A DNA stretch of 50,654 bases, taken from contig JAXLNO010000406.1 of assembly GCA_038087875.1 (NCBI GenBank), forward strand, positions 248,001 to 298,654, written 5' to 3'. Of the stretch, positions 9,885-22,298 are shown one piece after another (position 1 is the first letter of the stretch; the number at the start of each line of letters is the position of its first letter). The notes beneath the pieces were generated by a model. The model had not been told where the DNA came from, ran no database searches, and worked only from the letters and a program-made list of their open reading frames with translations. The translations under genes were made by a program, and so were the position numbers. This DNA comes from Malacoraja senta (taxonomy: Eukaryota).

Positions 9885-10692
9885 TTACACAGAACTTAAA
9901 ATAGTTTCTGCAAACAATCCCGCATTAACAATAGGCCGATGGTAAAAATGTTGAAACATCAACTCATTGGACCGCCCGGCGGCTGCGAGGATATGGTCAA
10001 CGGGGACGTCTTTTGCCCTGGCCGCTGACGTTTCTGCTGCCCTAGGCGAGTGAGACGTAAAAACATCAGTGTTAATACCAGCAGCTGTTAAGACTTATTT
10101 TATCCATCTGAAAATAGTCTGTACTGAAACTCTCTTGTGTGGTTTCTTGTGCGTGATCAACAACCCAGTTTCCGTATTTCTCAAATTCTTTGTGACCTCA
10201 ATGTATTGTAACAAATATGTCTTAACACAGTGACAAGAATCATTTGGATATGCTGCTAGCATAATGTTATATCCTGTCACACCTGGCCTACTTTGCTTTA
10301 GTAGGTCATGGATATAGAATGTAACCTTGTCTTCAGTTACTTCCATCCTGTCTATTTGTAATTTTCCAAGTGTTTGCACTAGTTGTGCTGTCACTAATGC
10401 CATAAGCATAACTATTTTCATACTGAGCTTGGCCAAAGGTAAAGACACACTTGGTGACTATTCACGAATTAGTTTCAGTACCACACTTACATCCCAGATT
10501 GTCATGGTTCTTGGTTCTTGGTTTCTTGGTCCTCCAAAATATTCCAAATGGAATTTAAACTGGAGGTGGAGGTCATGTACCTAGGTTTCGGTGGTTTGGA
10601 ATTAAAGATTCCTTTCATTAGTCTGGAAACAATTGGGTGTGACCCAATTTGGTTTCTTTCTGAATACAGAAGCAAATATGAGGACAATGCAA
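9885..10692 (-). pseudogene. DIRS tyrosine recombinase, C-terminal part (copy 1)
   Basis: HPIVSRLMKGIF..PPKPRY, LMALVTAQ, LLKQSRPG; beyond the TAA at 10095, HSPRAA (H-x-x-R) and FQHFYHRP (catalytic Tyr region). Confidence 0.85.
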
Positions 10693-13600
10693 TTTTTTTT
10701 TTATTTTTTTTTTTAACAATATTTTAATTTTTATTTATTAGAAGTACATTACATTACAACCACATACATTAATACTCGTCATTTATATCTTCTTACAATT
10801 AATGTACTCCCTTTATTTATTTTTTTACACTAGAAAAGGAAAAGATTGAAAGAAAGAAGAAAGTGAAGGAAAAAGTGAAAGTGTAGAAAAGTGTAGAAAA
10901 TGTAACAACAAAAAAGGACGAAGACCCTATAAGAGCGAAATTAAAAACAAAAGAAAAAGAGTTAAGAAATAGGCCCTAGGAAAAAAAAGAGAAAGAGTGA
11001 GAGGAAAAAAATATATATATATATATTTTTTTTAGCATTACGTAAATAGGACATACCAACTCTTCAACTATCATCCCCCCTTACCTGACCTCAATTTTTT
11101 TATTTTTTTTAAAGTACTTTTGCACCCTATGTTTGTAATAATTCTATAAATGCAGACCACGTCAGGTGGAAGTGATCTGGTTTACCTGCTAGGAGGAGTC
11201 TTATCTCTTCTAGGTGTAATGTTTCAAACATATTTGAAATCCACATATTTATAGTTGGTATTGGAGCCTTCTTCCATAATTTTAGAATTAGCTTTTTTCC
11301 AGTTATTAACCCATAGTCCATTAATTTCTTTTGAAACACATTTAGTTCTGGATCATCTTCCGTTATTCCGAAGATAATCCATTCTGCTTTGGGTATCAGT
11401 CTTGTTTTAAATAACTTTGTAAAGATTTCAAAAATTTCATTCCAAAATTTTTGAATTTTTGTACAGAAGACGAATGAGTGCGCTATAGTAGCTTCTTGGG
11501 ATTGACATTTATCACAAATAGATGATACATTTGGGAAAATTTTATGAATTTTAGTTTTCGAATAATATAATCTATGTAAAATTTTAAATTGTATTAAGGT
11601 GTGTCTTACATTAATCGAGCATTTATGCACGTTTAATAAGTATTCATTCCAACTTTCCTTTGAAATTTTAATAGCTAGCTCTTGTTCCCAGTCTCTTCTG
11701 ATACCCTCCGTAGGTGGTATTTGTACATTTAAAATAATATTATACAAATATGATATTAAGTTTGCTGATTCCTCTTTTATCTGCATTGCCTCGTCCAATA
11801 CATCTACTGGGTTATTATAATGATCTTTTGTATATTTTTTCAAATAGTCGCATATTTGAAAATATTTAAAATATTGATTATTTCCGAGTTTATATTTTAT
11901 TTGTAATTGTTGAAATGAAAGTAATTTTCCAGTTTCATACAAGTCACCAAGCGTTTTAATTCCTAGTCTATCCCATTGTGTATAAGCTTTATCTATAATA
12001 GAAGGACTAAACGAAGGGTTATTGACTATAGGTAATAAAAGTGATAAATTTCTTAATTTTAAATTTTGTTTTATTTGTTTCCAAATACGGATTGTACTTT
12101 GAATAATTGGGTTCTTATTATAATTTATGTTATTCAGTTTCATTGGAGAGAGGAGGATCGCTCCAGTGTTTCTAGAGGAGCAATCCTCTTGCTCCATTAC
12201 AATCCAGTCTACTTGCTGGGCGGAGTTATCCATCAGTTGAATCATGTTTTTAATATTTACTGACCAATAATAATACATAAAATTAGGTAGTGCTAAACCC
12301 CCCAATACTTTAGGTTTATTCAGATGAGTTTTTTTGTATTCTATGTGATTTATAGTCCCATATAAAATTAGTGATATCTGAGTCGAGTTTTTTAAAAAAC
12401 TTCTTAGGTAAGTATATAGGAATTGATTGAAATAGGTATAAAATTTGTGGTAAAAAGATCATTTTTATTGCGTTTATTCGGCCTATTAAAGACATCGGGA
12501 GCGTTTTCCAGAATTTAATTAGTGTATTTAATTTATTAAGTAGGGGGTCAAAATTTGCCCTGAACATACCTTGATATGTTCTGGTAATTTCGATTCCCAA
12601 GTATTTAAATTTTTCTGTAGCTATTTTAAAAGGGAATTTTAAAAGATGTGTTGAATCTTTCGGTTTTATTGACATAATTTCACTTTTATTCCAATTTATT
12701 CTATATCCAGAAAAAGATCCAAAGTCTTCAATTAAATTTAATATATTTGGTATAGTGATTTGAGGTTTTGTAATATACAGTAATATATCATCCGCGTATA
12801 AAGATATTTTATTATATGAGTCTTTAGTATTATATCCATGAATATCAGGGTGTATTCTAATTTTTTCTGCTAGCGGTTCAATAATGAGAGCAAACAGCTG
12901 TGGTGATAATGAGCATCCTTGTCTATTTCCCCTTGATAGTTGAAATTTCGAGGATAATATGTTATTACTTAGTATTCTAGCTGTAGGTTTGTTATATAGT
13001 AACTTAATCCATAAAATAAAATTCTCTCCCAGTTGAAATGTTTGTACTACTTTGTCCATATAATTCCATTCTACTTGATCAAATGCTTTTTCAGCATCCA
13101 GCGAAATAATTGATAATTCTTGATCTTCAGATTTGTGTGAGTGCATTATGTTGAGTAGACGTCTCATATTATTAGAAGAGTATCTCTTAGGGATAAACCC
13201 TGTCTGAGCTGGGTTTATTAATTTACTAATGTATTTACTTAATCTTCTAGCTAATGTTTTCGCTAATATTTTTTGATCTGTGTTTAACAATGCTATAGCT
13301 CTATATGAACCAGGTTCTTCTAAATCTTTATTTTTCTTAGGTATTAATGTAATCGTTGATTCCGCTAATGTATCAGGTAGTATTCGTTTTTTAAAAGCGT
13401 ATTGGTACATTTTTTGTAATCTTGGTATTATTTTATCATAAAAGCTTTTATAAAATTCATTAGTAAATCCATCAGGGCCTGGTGTTTTTCCATTCTTTAG
13501 TGAGTTTATTGTATCTTCTAATTCCTTAATTGAGATTTGTGCACCCAGTTCCTCTTGTTCCTTCAGCTCTAACTTTGGAAGATTACAGGTATCCAAGAAC

Positions 13601-13708
13601 TTTGTGATATTATTGGAATCAATTATCGTTTTAGATGTATACAAATTTTCGTAAAATTGCGCAAATCTTTTATTAATATCCTTCGGTGTTGTTAATAATT
13701 CCCCTTTG
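10693..13708 (-). mobile_element. L1 ORF2 3' part and 3' UTR/poly(A) (duplicated copy of host L1, frameshift near 12320)
   Basis: ORFs 12316-13644 (KTPGPDG, LDAEKAFD, QGCSLSP, YADD) and 11127-12305 (CDKC...H..FC); poly-T from 10693. Confidence 0.92.
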
Positions 13709-13720
13709 ATCTGATCCGTA

Positions 13721-13723
<3 letters not shown>

Positions 13724-13756
<33 letters not shown>

Positions 13757-14179
13757 ATTTATTAAAAGTACATTACATTACAACCACATACATTAATACT
13801 CGTCATTTGTATCTTCTTACAATTAATGTACTCCCTTTATTTATTTATTTTTACACTAAAAAAGGAAAAGATTGAAAGAGAGAAGAAAGTGAAGGAAAAA
13901 GTGAAAGTGTAGAAAAGTGTAGAAAATGTAACAACAAAAAAGGACGAAGACCCTATGAGAGCGAAATTAAAAACAAAAGAAAAAGAGTTAAGAAATAGGC
14001 CCTAGGAAAAAAAAAGAGAAAAAGAGAGAGGAAAAAAAAAAGAAAAAAAGAAAAACAAATATTTTTTTGAGCATTACGTAAATAGGACATACCAACTCTT
14101 CAACTATCATCCCCCCTTACCTGACCTCAATTTTTTATTTTTTATTTTTTTTAAAGTACTTTTGCACCCTATGTTTGTA
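13724..14179 (-). mobile_element. L1 3' UTR/poly(A) (duplicated tail of inner L1)
   Basis: Matches 18025-18476 including diagnostic variants; abuts TSD copy 13709-13723. Confidence 0.88.
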
Positions 14180-14182
14180 CAG

Positions 14183-14996
14183 AATTTACACAGAACTTAA
14201 AATAGTTTCTGCAAACAATCCCGCATTAACAATAGGCCGATGGTAAAAATGTTGAAACATCAACTCATTGGACCACCCGGCGGCTGCGAGGATATGGTCA
14301 ACGGGGACGTCTTTTGCCCGGCCGCTGACGTTTCTGCTGCCCTAGCCGAGTGAGACGTAAAAACATCAGTGTTAATACCAGCAGCTGTTAAGACTTATTT
14401 TATCCATCTGAAAATAGTCTGTACTGAAACTCTCTTGTGTGGTTTCTTGTGCGTGATCAACAACCCAGTTTCCGTATTTCTCAAATTATTTGTGACCTCA
14501 ATGTATTGTAACAAATATGTCTTAACACAGTGACAAGAATCATTTGGATATGCTGCTAGCATAATGTTATATCCTGTCACACCTGGCCTACTTTGCTTTA
14601 GTAGGTCATGGATATAGAATGTAACCTTGTCTTCAATTACTTCCATCCTGTCTATTTGTAATTTTCCAAGTGTTTGCACTAGTTGTGCTGTCACTAATGC
14701 CATAAGCATAACTACTTCCATACTGAGCTTGGCCAAAGGTAAAGACACACTTGGTGACTATTCACGAATTAGTTTCAGTACCACACTTACATCCCAGATT
14801 GTCATGGTTCTTGGTTCTTGGTTTCTTGGTCCTCCAAAATATTCCAAATGGAATTTAAACTGGAGGTGGAGGTCATGTACCTAGGTTTCGGTGGTTTGGA
14901 ATTAAAGATTCCTTTCATTAGTCTGGAAACAATTGGGTGTGACCCAATTTGGTTTCTTTCTGAATACAGAAGCAAATATGAGGACAATGCAATTCT
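14183..14996 (-). pseudogene. DIRS tyrosine recombinase, C-terminal part (copy 2)
   Basis: Near-identical to 9881-10695; ORF 14395-14748. Confidence 0.85.
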
Positions 14997-15428
14997 TTTT
15001 TTTTTTTTTTTTTAACAATATTTTAATTTTTATTTATTAGAAGTACATTACATTACAACCACATACATTAATACTCGTCATTTATATCTTCTTATAATTA
15101 ATGTACTCCCTTTATTTATTTTTTTACACTAGAAAAGGAAAAGATTGAAAGAAAGAAGAAAGTGAAGGAAAAAGTGAAAGTGTAGAAAAGTGTAGAAAAT
15201 GTAACAACAAAAAAGGACGAAGACCCTATAAGAGCGAAATTAAAAACAAAAGAAAAAGAGTTAAGAAATAGGCCCTAGGAAAAAAAAGAGAAAGAGTGAG
15301 AGGAAAAAAATATATATATATATATATATATTTTTGAGCATTACGTAAATAGGACATACCAACTCTTCAACTATCATCCCCCCTTACCTGACCTCAATTT
15401 TTTATTTTTTTTTAAGTACTTTTGCACC

Positions 15429-17945
15429 CTATGTTTGTAATAATTCTATAAATGCAGACCACGTCAGGTGGAAGTGATCTGGTTTACCTGCTAGGAGGAG
15501 TCTTATCTCTTCTAGGTGTAATGTTTCAAACATATTTGAAATCCACATATTTATAGTTGGTATTGGAGCCTTCTTCCATAATTTTAGAATTAGCTTTTTT
15601 CCAGTTATTAAACCATAGTCCATTAATTTCTTTTGAAACACATTTAGTTCTGGATCATCTTCCGTTATTCCGAAGATAATCCATTCTGCTTTGGGTATCA
15701 GTCTTGTTTTAAATAACTTTGTAAAGATTTCAAAAATTTCATTCCAAAATTTTTGAATTTTTGTACAGAAGACAAATGATTGCGCTATAGTAGCTTCTTG
15801 GGATTGACATTTATCACAAATAGATGATACATTTGGGAAAATTTTATGAATTTTAGTTTTCGAATAATATAATCTATGTAAAATTTTAAATTGTATTAAG
15901 GTGTGTCTTACATTAATCGAGCATTTATGCACGTTTAATAAGTATTCATTCCAACTTTCCTTTGAAATTTTAATAGCTAGCTCTTGTTCCCAGTCTCTTC
16001 TGATACCCTCCGTAGGTGGTATTTGTACATTTAAAATAATATTATACAAATATGATATTAAGTTTGCTGATTCCGCTTTTATCTGCATTGCCTCGTCCAA
16101 TACATCTACTGGGTTATTATAATGATCTTTTGTATATTTTTTCAAATAGTCGCATATTTGAAAATATTTAAAATATTGATTATTTCCGAGTTTATATTTT
16201 ATTTGTAATTGTTGAAATGAAAGTAATTTTCCAGTTTCATACAAGTCACCAAGCGTTTTAATTCCTAGTCTATCCCATTGTGTATAAGCTTTACCTATAA
16301 TAGAAGGACTAAACGAAGGGTTATTGACTATAGGTAATAAAAGTGATAAATTTCTTAATTTTAAATTTTGTTTTATTTGTTTCCAAATACGGATTGTACT
16401 ATGAATAATTGGGTTCTTATTATAATTTATGTTATTCAGTTTCATTGGAGAGAGGAGGATCGCTCCAATGTTTCTAGAGGAGCAATCCTCTTTCTCCATT
16501 ACAATCCAGTCTACTTGCTGGGCGGAGTTATCCATCAGTTGAATCATGTTTTTAATATTTACTGACCAATAATAATACATAAAATTAGGTAGTGCTAAAC
16601 CCCCTAATACTTTAGGTTTATTCAGATGAGTTTTTTGTATTCTATGTGATTTATAGTCCCATATAAAATTAGTGATATCTGAGTCGAGTTTTTTAAAAAA
16701 CTTCTTAGGTAAGTATATAGGAATTGATTGAAATAGGTATAAAATTTGTGGTAAAAAGATCATTTTTATTGCGTTTATTCGGCCTATTAAAGACATCGGG
16801 AGCGTTTTCCAGAATTTAATTAGTGTATTTAAGTTATTAAGTAGGGGGTCAAAATTTGCCCTGAACATACCTTGATATGTTCTGGTAATTTCGATTCCCA
16901 AATATTTAAATTTTTCTGTAGCTATTTTAAAAGGGAATTTTAAAAGATGTGTTGAATCTTTCGGTTTTATTGACATAATTTCACTTTTATTCCAATTTAT
17001 TCTATATCCAGAAAAAGATCCAAAGTCTTCAATTAAATTTAATATATTTGGTATAGTGATTTGAGGTTTTGTAATATACAGTAATATATCATCCGCGTAT
17101 AAAGATATTTTATTATATGAGTCTTTAGTATTATATCCATGAATATCAGGGTGTATTCTAATTTTTTCTGCTAGCGGTTCAATAATGAGAGCAAACAGCT
17201 GTGGTGATAATGAGCATCCTTGTCTATTTCCCCTTGATAGTTGAAATTTCGAGGATAATATGTTATTACTTAGTATTCTAGCTGTAGGTTTGTTATATAG
17301 TAACTTAATCCATAAAATAAAATTCTCTCCCAGTTGAAATGTTTGTACTACTTTGTCCATATAATTCCATTCTACTTGATCAAATGCTTTTTCAGCATCC
17401 AGCGAAATAATTGATAATTCTTGATCTTCAGATTTGTGTGAGTGCATTATGTTGAGTAGACGTCTCATATTATTAGAAGAGTATCTCTTAGGGATAAACC
17501 CTGTCTGAGCTGGGTTTATTAATTTACTAATGTATTTACTTAATCTTCTAGCTAATGTTTTCGCTAATATTTTTTGATCTGTGTTTAACAATGCTATAGC
17601 TCTATATGAACCAGGTTCTTCTAAATCTTTATTTTTCTTAGGTATTAATGTAATCGTTGATTCCGCTAATGTATCAGGTAGTATTCGTTTTTTAAAAGCG
17701 TATTGGTACATTTTTTGTAATCTTGGTATTATTTTATCATAAAACCTTTTATAAAATTCATTAGTAAATCCATCAGGGCCTGGTGTTTTTCCATTCTTTA
17801 GTGAGTTTATTGTATCTTCTAATTCCTTAATTGAGATTTGTGCACCCAGTTCCTCTTGTTCCTTCAGCTCTAACTTTGGAAGATTACAGGTATCCAAGAA
17901 CTTTGTGATATTATTGGAATCAATTATCGTTTTAGATGTATACAA
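15429..17945 (-). CDS. L1 ORF2 RT and C-terminal domain (host L1, open)
   Basis: 838 aa open frame with YRAIALLNTD, LDAEKAFD, YADD, KYLG, GGLALP, CDKC.. Confidence 0.9.
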   Translation of the reverse strand: MYTSKTIIDSNNITKFLDTCNLPKLELKEQEELGAQISIKELEDTINSLKNGKTPGPDGFTNEFYKRFYDKIIPRLQKMYQYAFKKRILPDTLAESTITLIPKKNKDLEEPGSYRAIALLNTDQKILAKTLARRLSKYISKLINPAQTGFIPKRYSSNNMRRLLNIMHSHKSEDQELSIISLDAEKAFDQVEWNYMDKVVQTFQLGENFILWIKLLYNKPTARILSNNILSSKFQLSRGNRQGCSLSPQLFALIIEPLAEKIRIHPDIHGYNTKDSYNKISLYADDILLYITKPQITIPNILNLIEDFGSFSGYRINWNKSEIMSIKPKDSTHLLKFPFKIATEKFKYLGIEITRTYQGMFRANFDPLLNNLNTLIKFWKTLPMSLIGRINAIKMIFLPQILYLFQSIPIYLPKKFFKKLDSDITNFIWDYKSHRIQKTHLNKPKVLGGLALPNFMYYYWSVNIKNMIQLMDNSAQQVDWIVMEKEDCSSRNIGAILLSPMKLNNINYNKNPIIHSTIRIWKQIKQNLKLRNLSLLLPIVNNPSFSPSIIGKAYTQWDRLGIKTLGDLYETGKLLSFQQLQIKYKLGNNQYFKYFQICDYLKKYTKDHYNNPVDVLDEAMQIKAESANLISYLYNIILNVQIPPTEGIRRDWEQELAIKISKESWNEYLLNVHKCSINVRHTLIQFKILHRLYYSKTKIHKIFPNVSSICDKCQSQEATIAQSFVFCTKIQKFWNEIFEIFTKLFKTRLIPKAEWIIFGITEDDPELNVFQKKLMDYGLITGKKLILKLWKKAPIPTINMWISNMFETLHLEEIRLLLAGKPDHFHLTWSAFIELLQT

Positions 17946-18021
17946 ATTTTCGTAAAATTGCGCAAATCTTTTATTAATATCCTTCGGTATTGTTAATAAT
18001 TCCCCTTTGATCTGATCCGTA

Positions 18022-18060
<39 letters not shown>

Positions 18061-18464
18061 ATTTATTAGAAGTACATTACATTACAACCACATACATTAA
18101 TACTCGTCATTTGTATCTTCTTACAATTAATGTACTCCCTTTATTTATTTATTTTTACACTAAAAAAGGAAAAGATTGAAAGAGAGAAGAAAGTGAAGGA
18201 AAAAGTGAAAGTGTAGAAAAGTGTAGAAAATGTAACAACAAAAAAGGACGAAGACCCTATGAGAGCGAAATTAAAAACAAAAGAAAAAGAGTTAAGAAAT
18301 AGGCCCTAGGAAAAAAAAAGAGAAAAAGAGAGAGGAAAAAAAAAAGAAAAAAAGAAAAACAAATATTTTTTTGAGCATTACGTAAATAGGACATACCAAC
18401 TCTTCAACTATCATCCCCCCTTACCCGACCTCCATTTTTTATTTTTTTAAAGTACTTTTGCACC

Positions 18465-21400
18465 CTATGTTTGTAATAATTCTATAAATGCAGACCACGT
18501 CAGGTGGAAGTGATCTGGTTTACCTGCTAGGAGGAGTCTTATCTCTTCTAGGTGTAGTGTTTCAAACATATTTGAAATCCACATATTTATAGTTGGTATT
18601 GGAGCCTTCTTCCAAAATTTTAGAATTAGCTTTTTTCCAGTTATTAACCCATAGTCCATTAATTTCTTTTGAAACACATTTAGTTCTGGATCATCTTCCG
18701 TTATTCCGAAGATAATCCATTCTGCTTTGGGTATCAGTCTTGTTTTAAATAACTTTGTAAAGATTTCAAAAATTTCATTCCAAAATTTTTGAATTTTTGT
18801 ACAGAAGACGAATGAGTGCGCTATAGTAGCTTCTTGGGATTGACATTTATCACAAATAGATGATACGTTTGGGAAAATTTTATGAATTTTAGTTTTCGAA
18901 TAATATAATCTATGTAAAATTTTAAATTGTATTAAAGTGTGTCTTACATTAATCGAGCATTTATGCACATTTAATAAGTATTCATTCCAACTTTCCTTTG
19001 AAATTTTAATAGCTAACTCTTGTTCCCAGTCTTTTCTGATACCCTCCGTAGGTGGTATTTGTACATTTAAAATAATATTATACAAATATGATATTAAGTT
19101 TGCTGATTCCGCTTTTATCTGCATGACCTCGTCCAATACATCTACTGGGTTATTATAATGATCTTTTGTATATTTTTTCAAATAGTCGCATATTTGAAAA
19201 TATTTAAAATATTGATTATTTCCGAGTTTATATTTTATTTGTAATTGTTGAAATGAAAGTAATTTTCCAGTTTCATACAAGTCACCAAGCGTTTTAATTC
19301 CTAGTCTATCCCATTGTGTATAAGCTTTATCTATAATAGAAGGACTAAACGAAGGGTTATTGACTATAGGTAATAAAAGTGATAAATTTCTTAATTTTAA
19401 ATTTTGTTTTATTTGTTTCCAAATACGGATTGTACTATGAATAATTGGGTTCTTATTATAATTTATGTTATTCAGTTTCATTGGAGAGAGGAGGATCGCT
19501 CCAATGTTTCTAGAGGAGCAATCCTCTTTCTCCATTACAATCCAGTCTACTTGCTGGGCGGAGTTATCCATCAGTTGAATCATGTTTTTAATATTTACTG
19601 ATCAATAATAATACATAAAATTAGGTAGTGCTAAAGCCCGCAATACTTTAGGTTTATTCAGATGAGTTTTTTGTATTCTATGTGATTTATAGTCCCATAT
19701 AAAATTAGTGATATCTGAGTCGAGTTTTTTTAAAAACTTCTTAGGTAAGTATATAGGAATTGATTGAAATAGGTATAAAATTTGTGGTAAAAAGATCATT
19801 TTTATTGCGTTTATTCGGCCTATTAAAGACATCGGGAGCGTTTTCCAGAATTTAATTAGTGTATTTAATTTATTAAGTAGGGGGTCAAAATTTGCCCTGA
19901 ACATACCTTGATATGTTCTGGTAATTTCGATTCCCAAGTATTTAAATTTTTCTGTAGCTATTTTAAAAGGGAATTTTAAAAGATGTGTTGAATCTTTCGG
20001 TTTTATTGACATAATTTCACTTTTATTCCAATTTATTCTATATCCAGAAAAAGATCCAAAGTCTTCAATTAAATTTAATATATTTGGTATAGTGATTTGA
20101 GGTTTTGTAATATACAGTAATATATCATCCGCGTATAAAGATATTTTATTATATGAGTCTTTAGTATTATATCCATGAATATCAGGGTGTATTCTAATTT
20201 TTTCTGCTAGCGGTTCAATAATGAGAGCAAACAGCTGTGGTGATAATGAGCATCCTTGTCTATTTCCCCTTGATAGTTGAAATTTCGAGGATAATATGTT
20301 ATTAGTTAGTATTCTAGCTGTAGGTTTGTTATATAGTAACTTAATCCATAAAATAAAATTCTCTCCCAGTTGAAATTTTTGTAATACTTTATCCATATAA
20401 TTCCATTCTACTTGATCAAATGCTTTTTCAGCATCCAGCGAAATAATTGATAATTCTTGATCTTCAGATTTGTGTGAGTGCATTATGTTGAGTAGACGTC
20501 TCATATTATTAGAAGAGTATCTCTTAGGGATAAACCCTGTCTGATCTGGGTTTATTAATTTACTAATGTATTTACTTAATCTTCTAGCTAATGTTTTCGC
20601 TAATATTTTCTGTTCTGTGTTTAACAATGCTATAGCTCTATATGAACCAGGTTCTTCTAAATCTTTATTTTTCTTAGGTATTAATTTAATCGTTGATTCC
20701 GCTAATGTATCAGGTAGTATTCGTTTTTTAAAAGCGTATTGGTACATTTTTTGTAATCTTGGTATTAGTTTATCATAAAAGCTTTTATAAAATTCATTAG
20801 TAAATCCATCAGGGCCTGGTGTTTTTCCATTCTTTAATGAGTTTATTGTATCTTCTAATTCCTTAATTGAGATTTGTGCACCCAGTTCCTCTTGTTCCTT
20901 CAGCTCTAACTTTGGAAGATTACAGGTATCCAAGAACTTTGTGATATTATCGGAATCAATTATCGTTTTAGATGTATACAAATTCTCGTAAAATTACGCA
21001 AATCTTTTATTAATATCCTTCGGTGTTGTTAATAATTCCCCTTTATCTGATTTGATCTTTGGTATAGTATGTTCCTTTTCTCGTTTTTTTAGCTGGCGAG
21101 CCAAAAGTTTATGCGGTTTATCCCCAAATTCAAAGTGCTCTTGTTTTGTAATTTGAAAAAGTCTTATAAGTTTGGCAGATAATAATTTATTTAATTTAAA
21201 TTTTAAAATTATTATTTTATTATGTTTATCTATTGATGGATCTTTAGCATTATCTATATCCATTTGTCTAATAAGTTCTTCTAACTGTCTTTGTTCATTC
21301 TTATTATTTTTATTTTGAAAAGCTTGATATGAAATTATAATACCCCTAATGTATGCTTTAAAAGATTCCCAAAATAAAGTAGGCGATATATCTGAAGTAT

Positions 21401-21817
21401 CATTTGTTAGAAAAAAGACCTCCATTTGTTCTTTTAAATATATACTCGCTTGTGGATCTTTTAAAATTTGAGAATTAAATCTCCAGAACGATTTATTCTT
21501 AGACAATCCTTCCAGTTTTAAAAAGAAAGTTAGTGGGGAATTGTCTGAAATTGAATTTGTATGGTATATTGCATTAGATGTTTGGGGGATTAATTTTGTA
21601 TCCAGCAGAAAGTAGTCTATACGTGAGTATGTCTTATGTACCATTGAGTAAAACGAATATTCCCTGCCAGTTGGATTAACAATTCTCCAAACATCTGCTA
21701 TATTAGTGTTATTTATATAGGTATTGAGGAGTTCCCCAGTTTTCGATTTCATATTCCCTCTCTGTTTTTGACTTGATTTATCTAAGTACGGGTCTAAAAC
21801 ACAGTTAAAGTCTCCTC
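18465..21817 (-). pseudogene. L1 ORF2 of inner L1 (disrupted)
   Basis: ORFs 20994-21752, 19602-20981 and 18465-19583 are collinear with host ORF2. Confidence 0.9.
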
Positions 21818-22298
21818 AGATATATAATACAATTTTACCCTGATATTACCTTATAACATATATATATATCGGAGTTTAATTATTAAACCAATATTTTTGA
21901 CTTCAATAAGAATCAACTGTTGGTTGAAGGGGTTAACGAGACGTGCCCCTGGATATAAGCCAGGTGCTCGTTTCTCATCCCCTCCTCCCACTTATAGATA
22001 AGGTTACAATTTATTAAAAATTCATATTAGTATGTTAGTTCATTATTTTTTCTTTTTGTTTTGTTAGTGTTCTAATCTAATCTACATAACTTGTTAAGTT
22101 GTTAATAGGATAAGTTCTTACAATTGGTTATAATATTTTAATTAATAAGCAATTATTTTCTGGTTTATATTCCAACTGTTCAGTTGTTTACACGTTTTGA
22201 ACAGAAAATGTCCTTGATTCAACATTCCAAAGATAACAGTGTAACTATCCCCAGACAAAGCATTGCTTAGAATTGTACAGATCTGCCAAAACTCCCTT

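Larger units (their letters stand above)
9881..18476. repeat. 4.3 kb tandem duplication (units about 9881-14179 and 14183-18476)
   Basis: Near-identical ORF pairs offset by about 4300 (10095/14395, 10327/14627, 11599/15901); L1-to-DIRS junction at about 14180. Confidence 0.92.
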
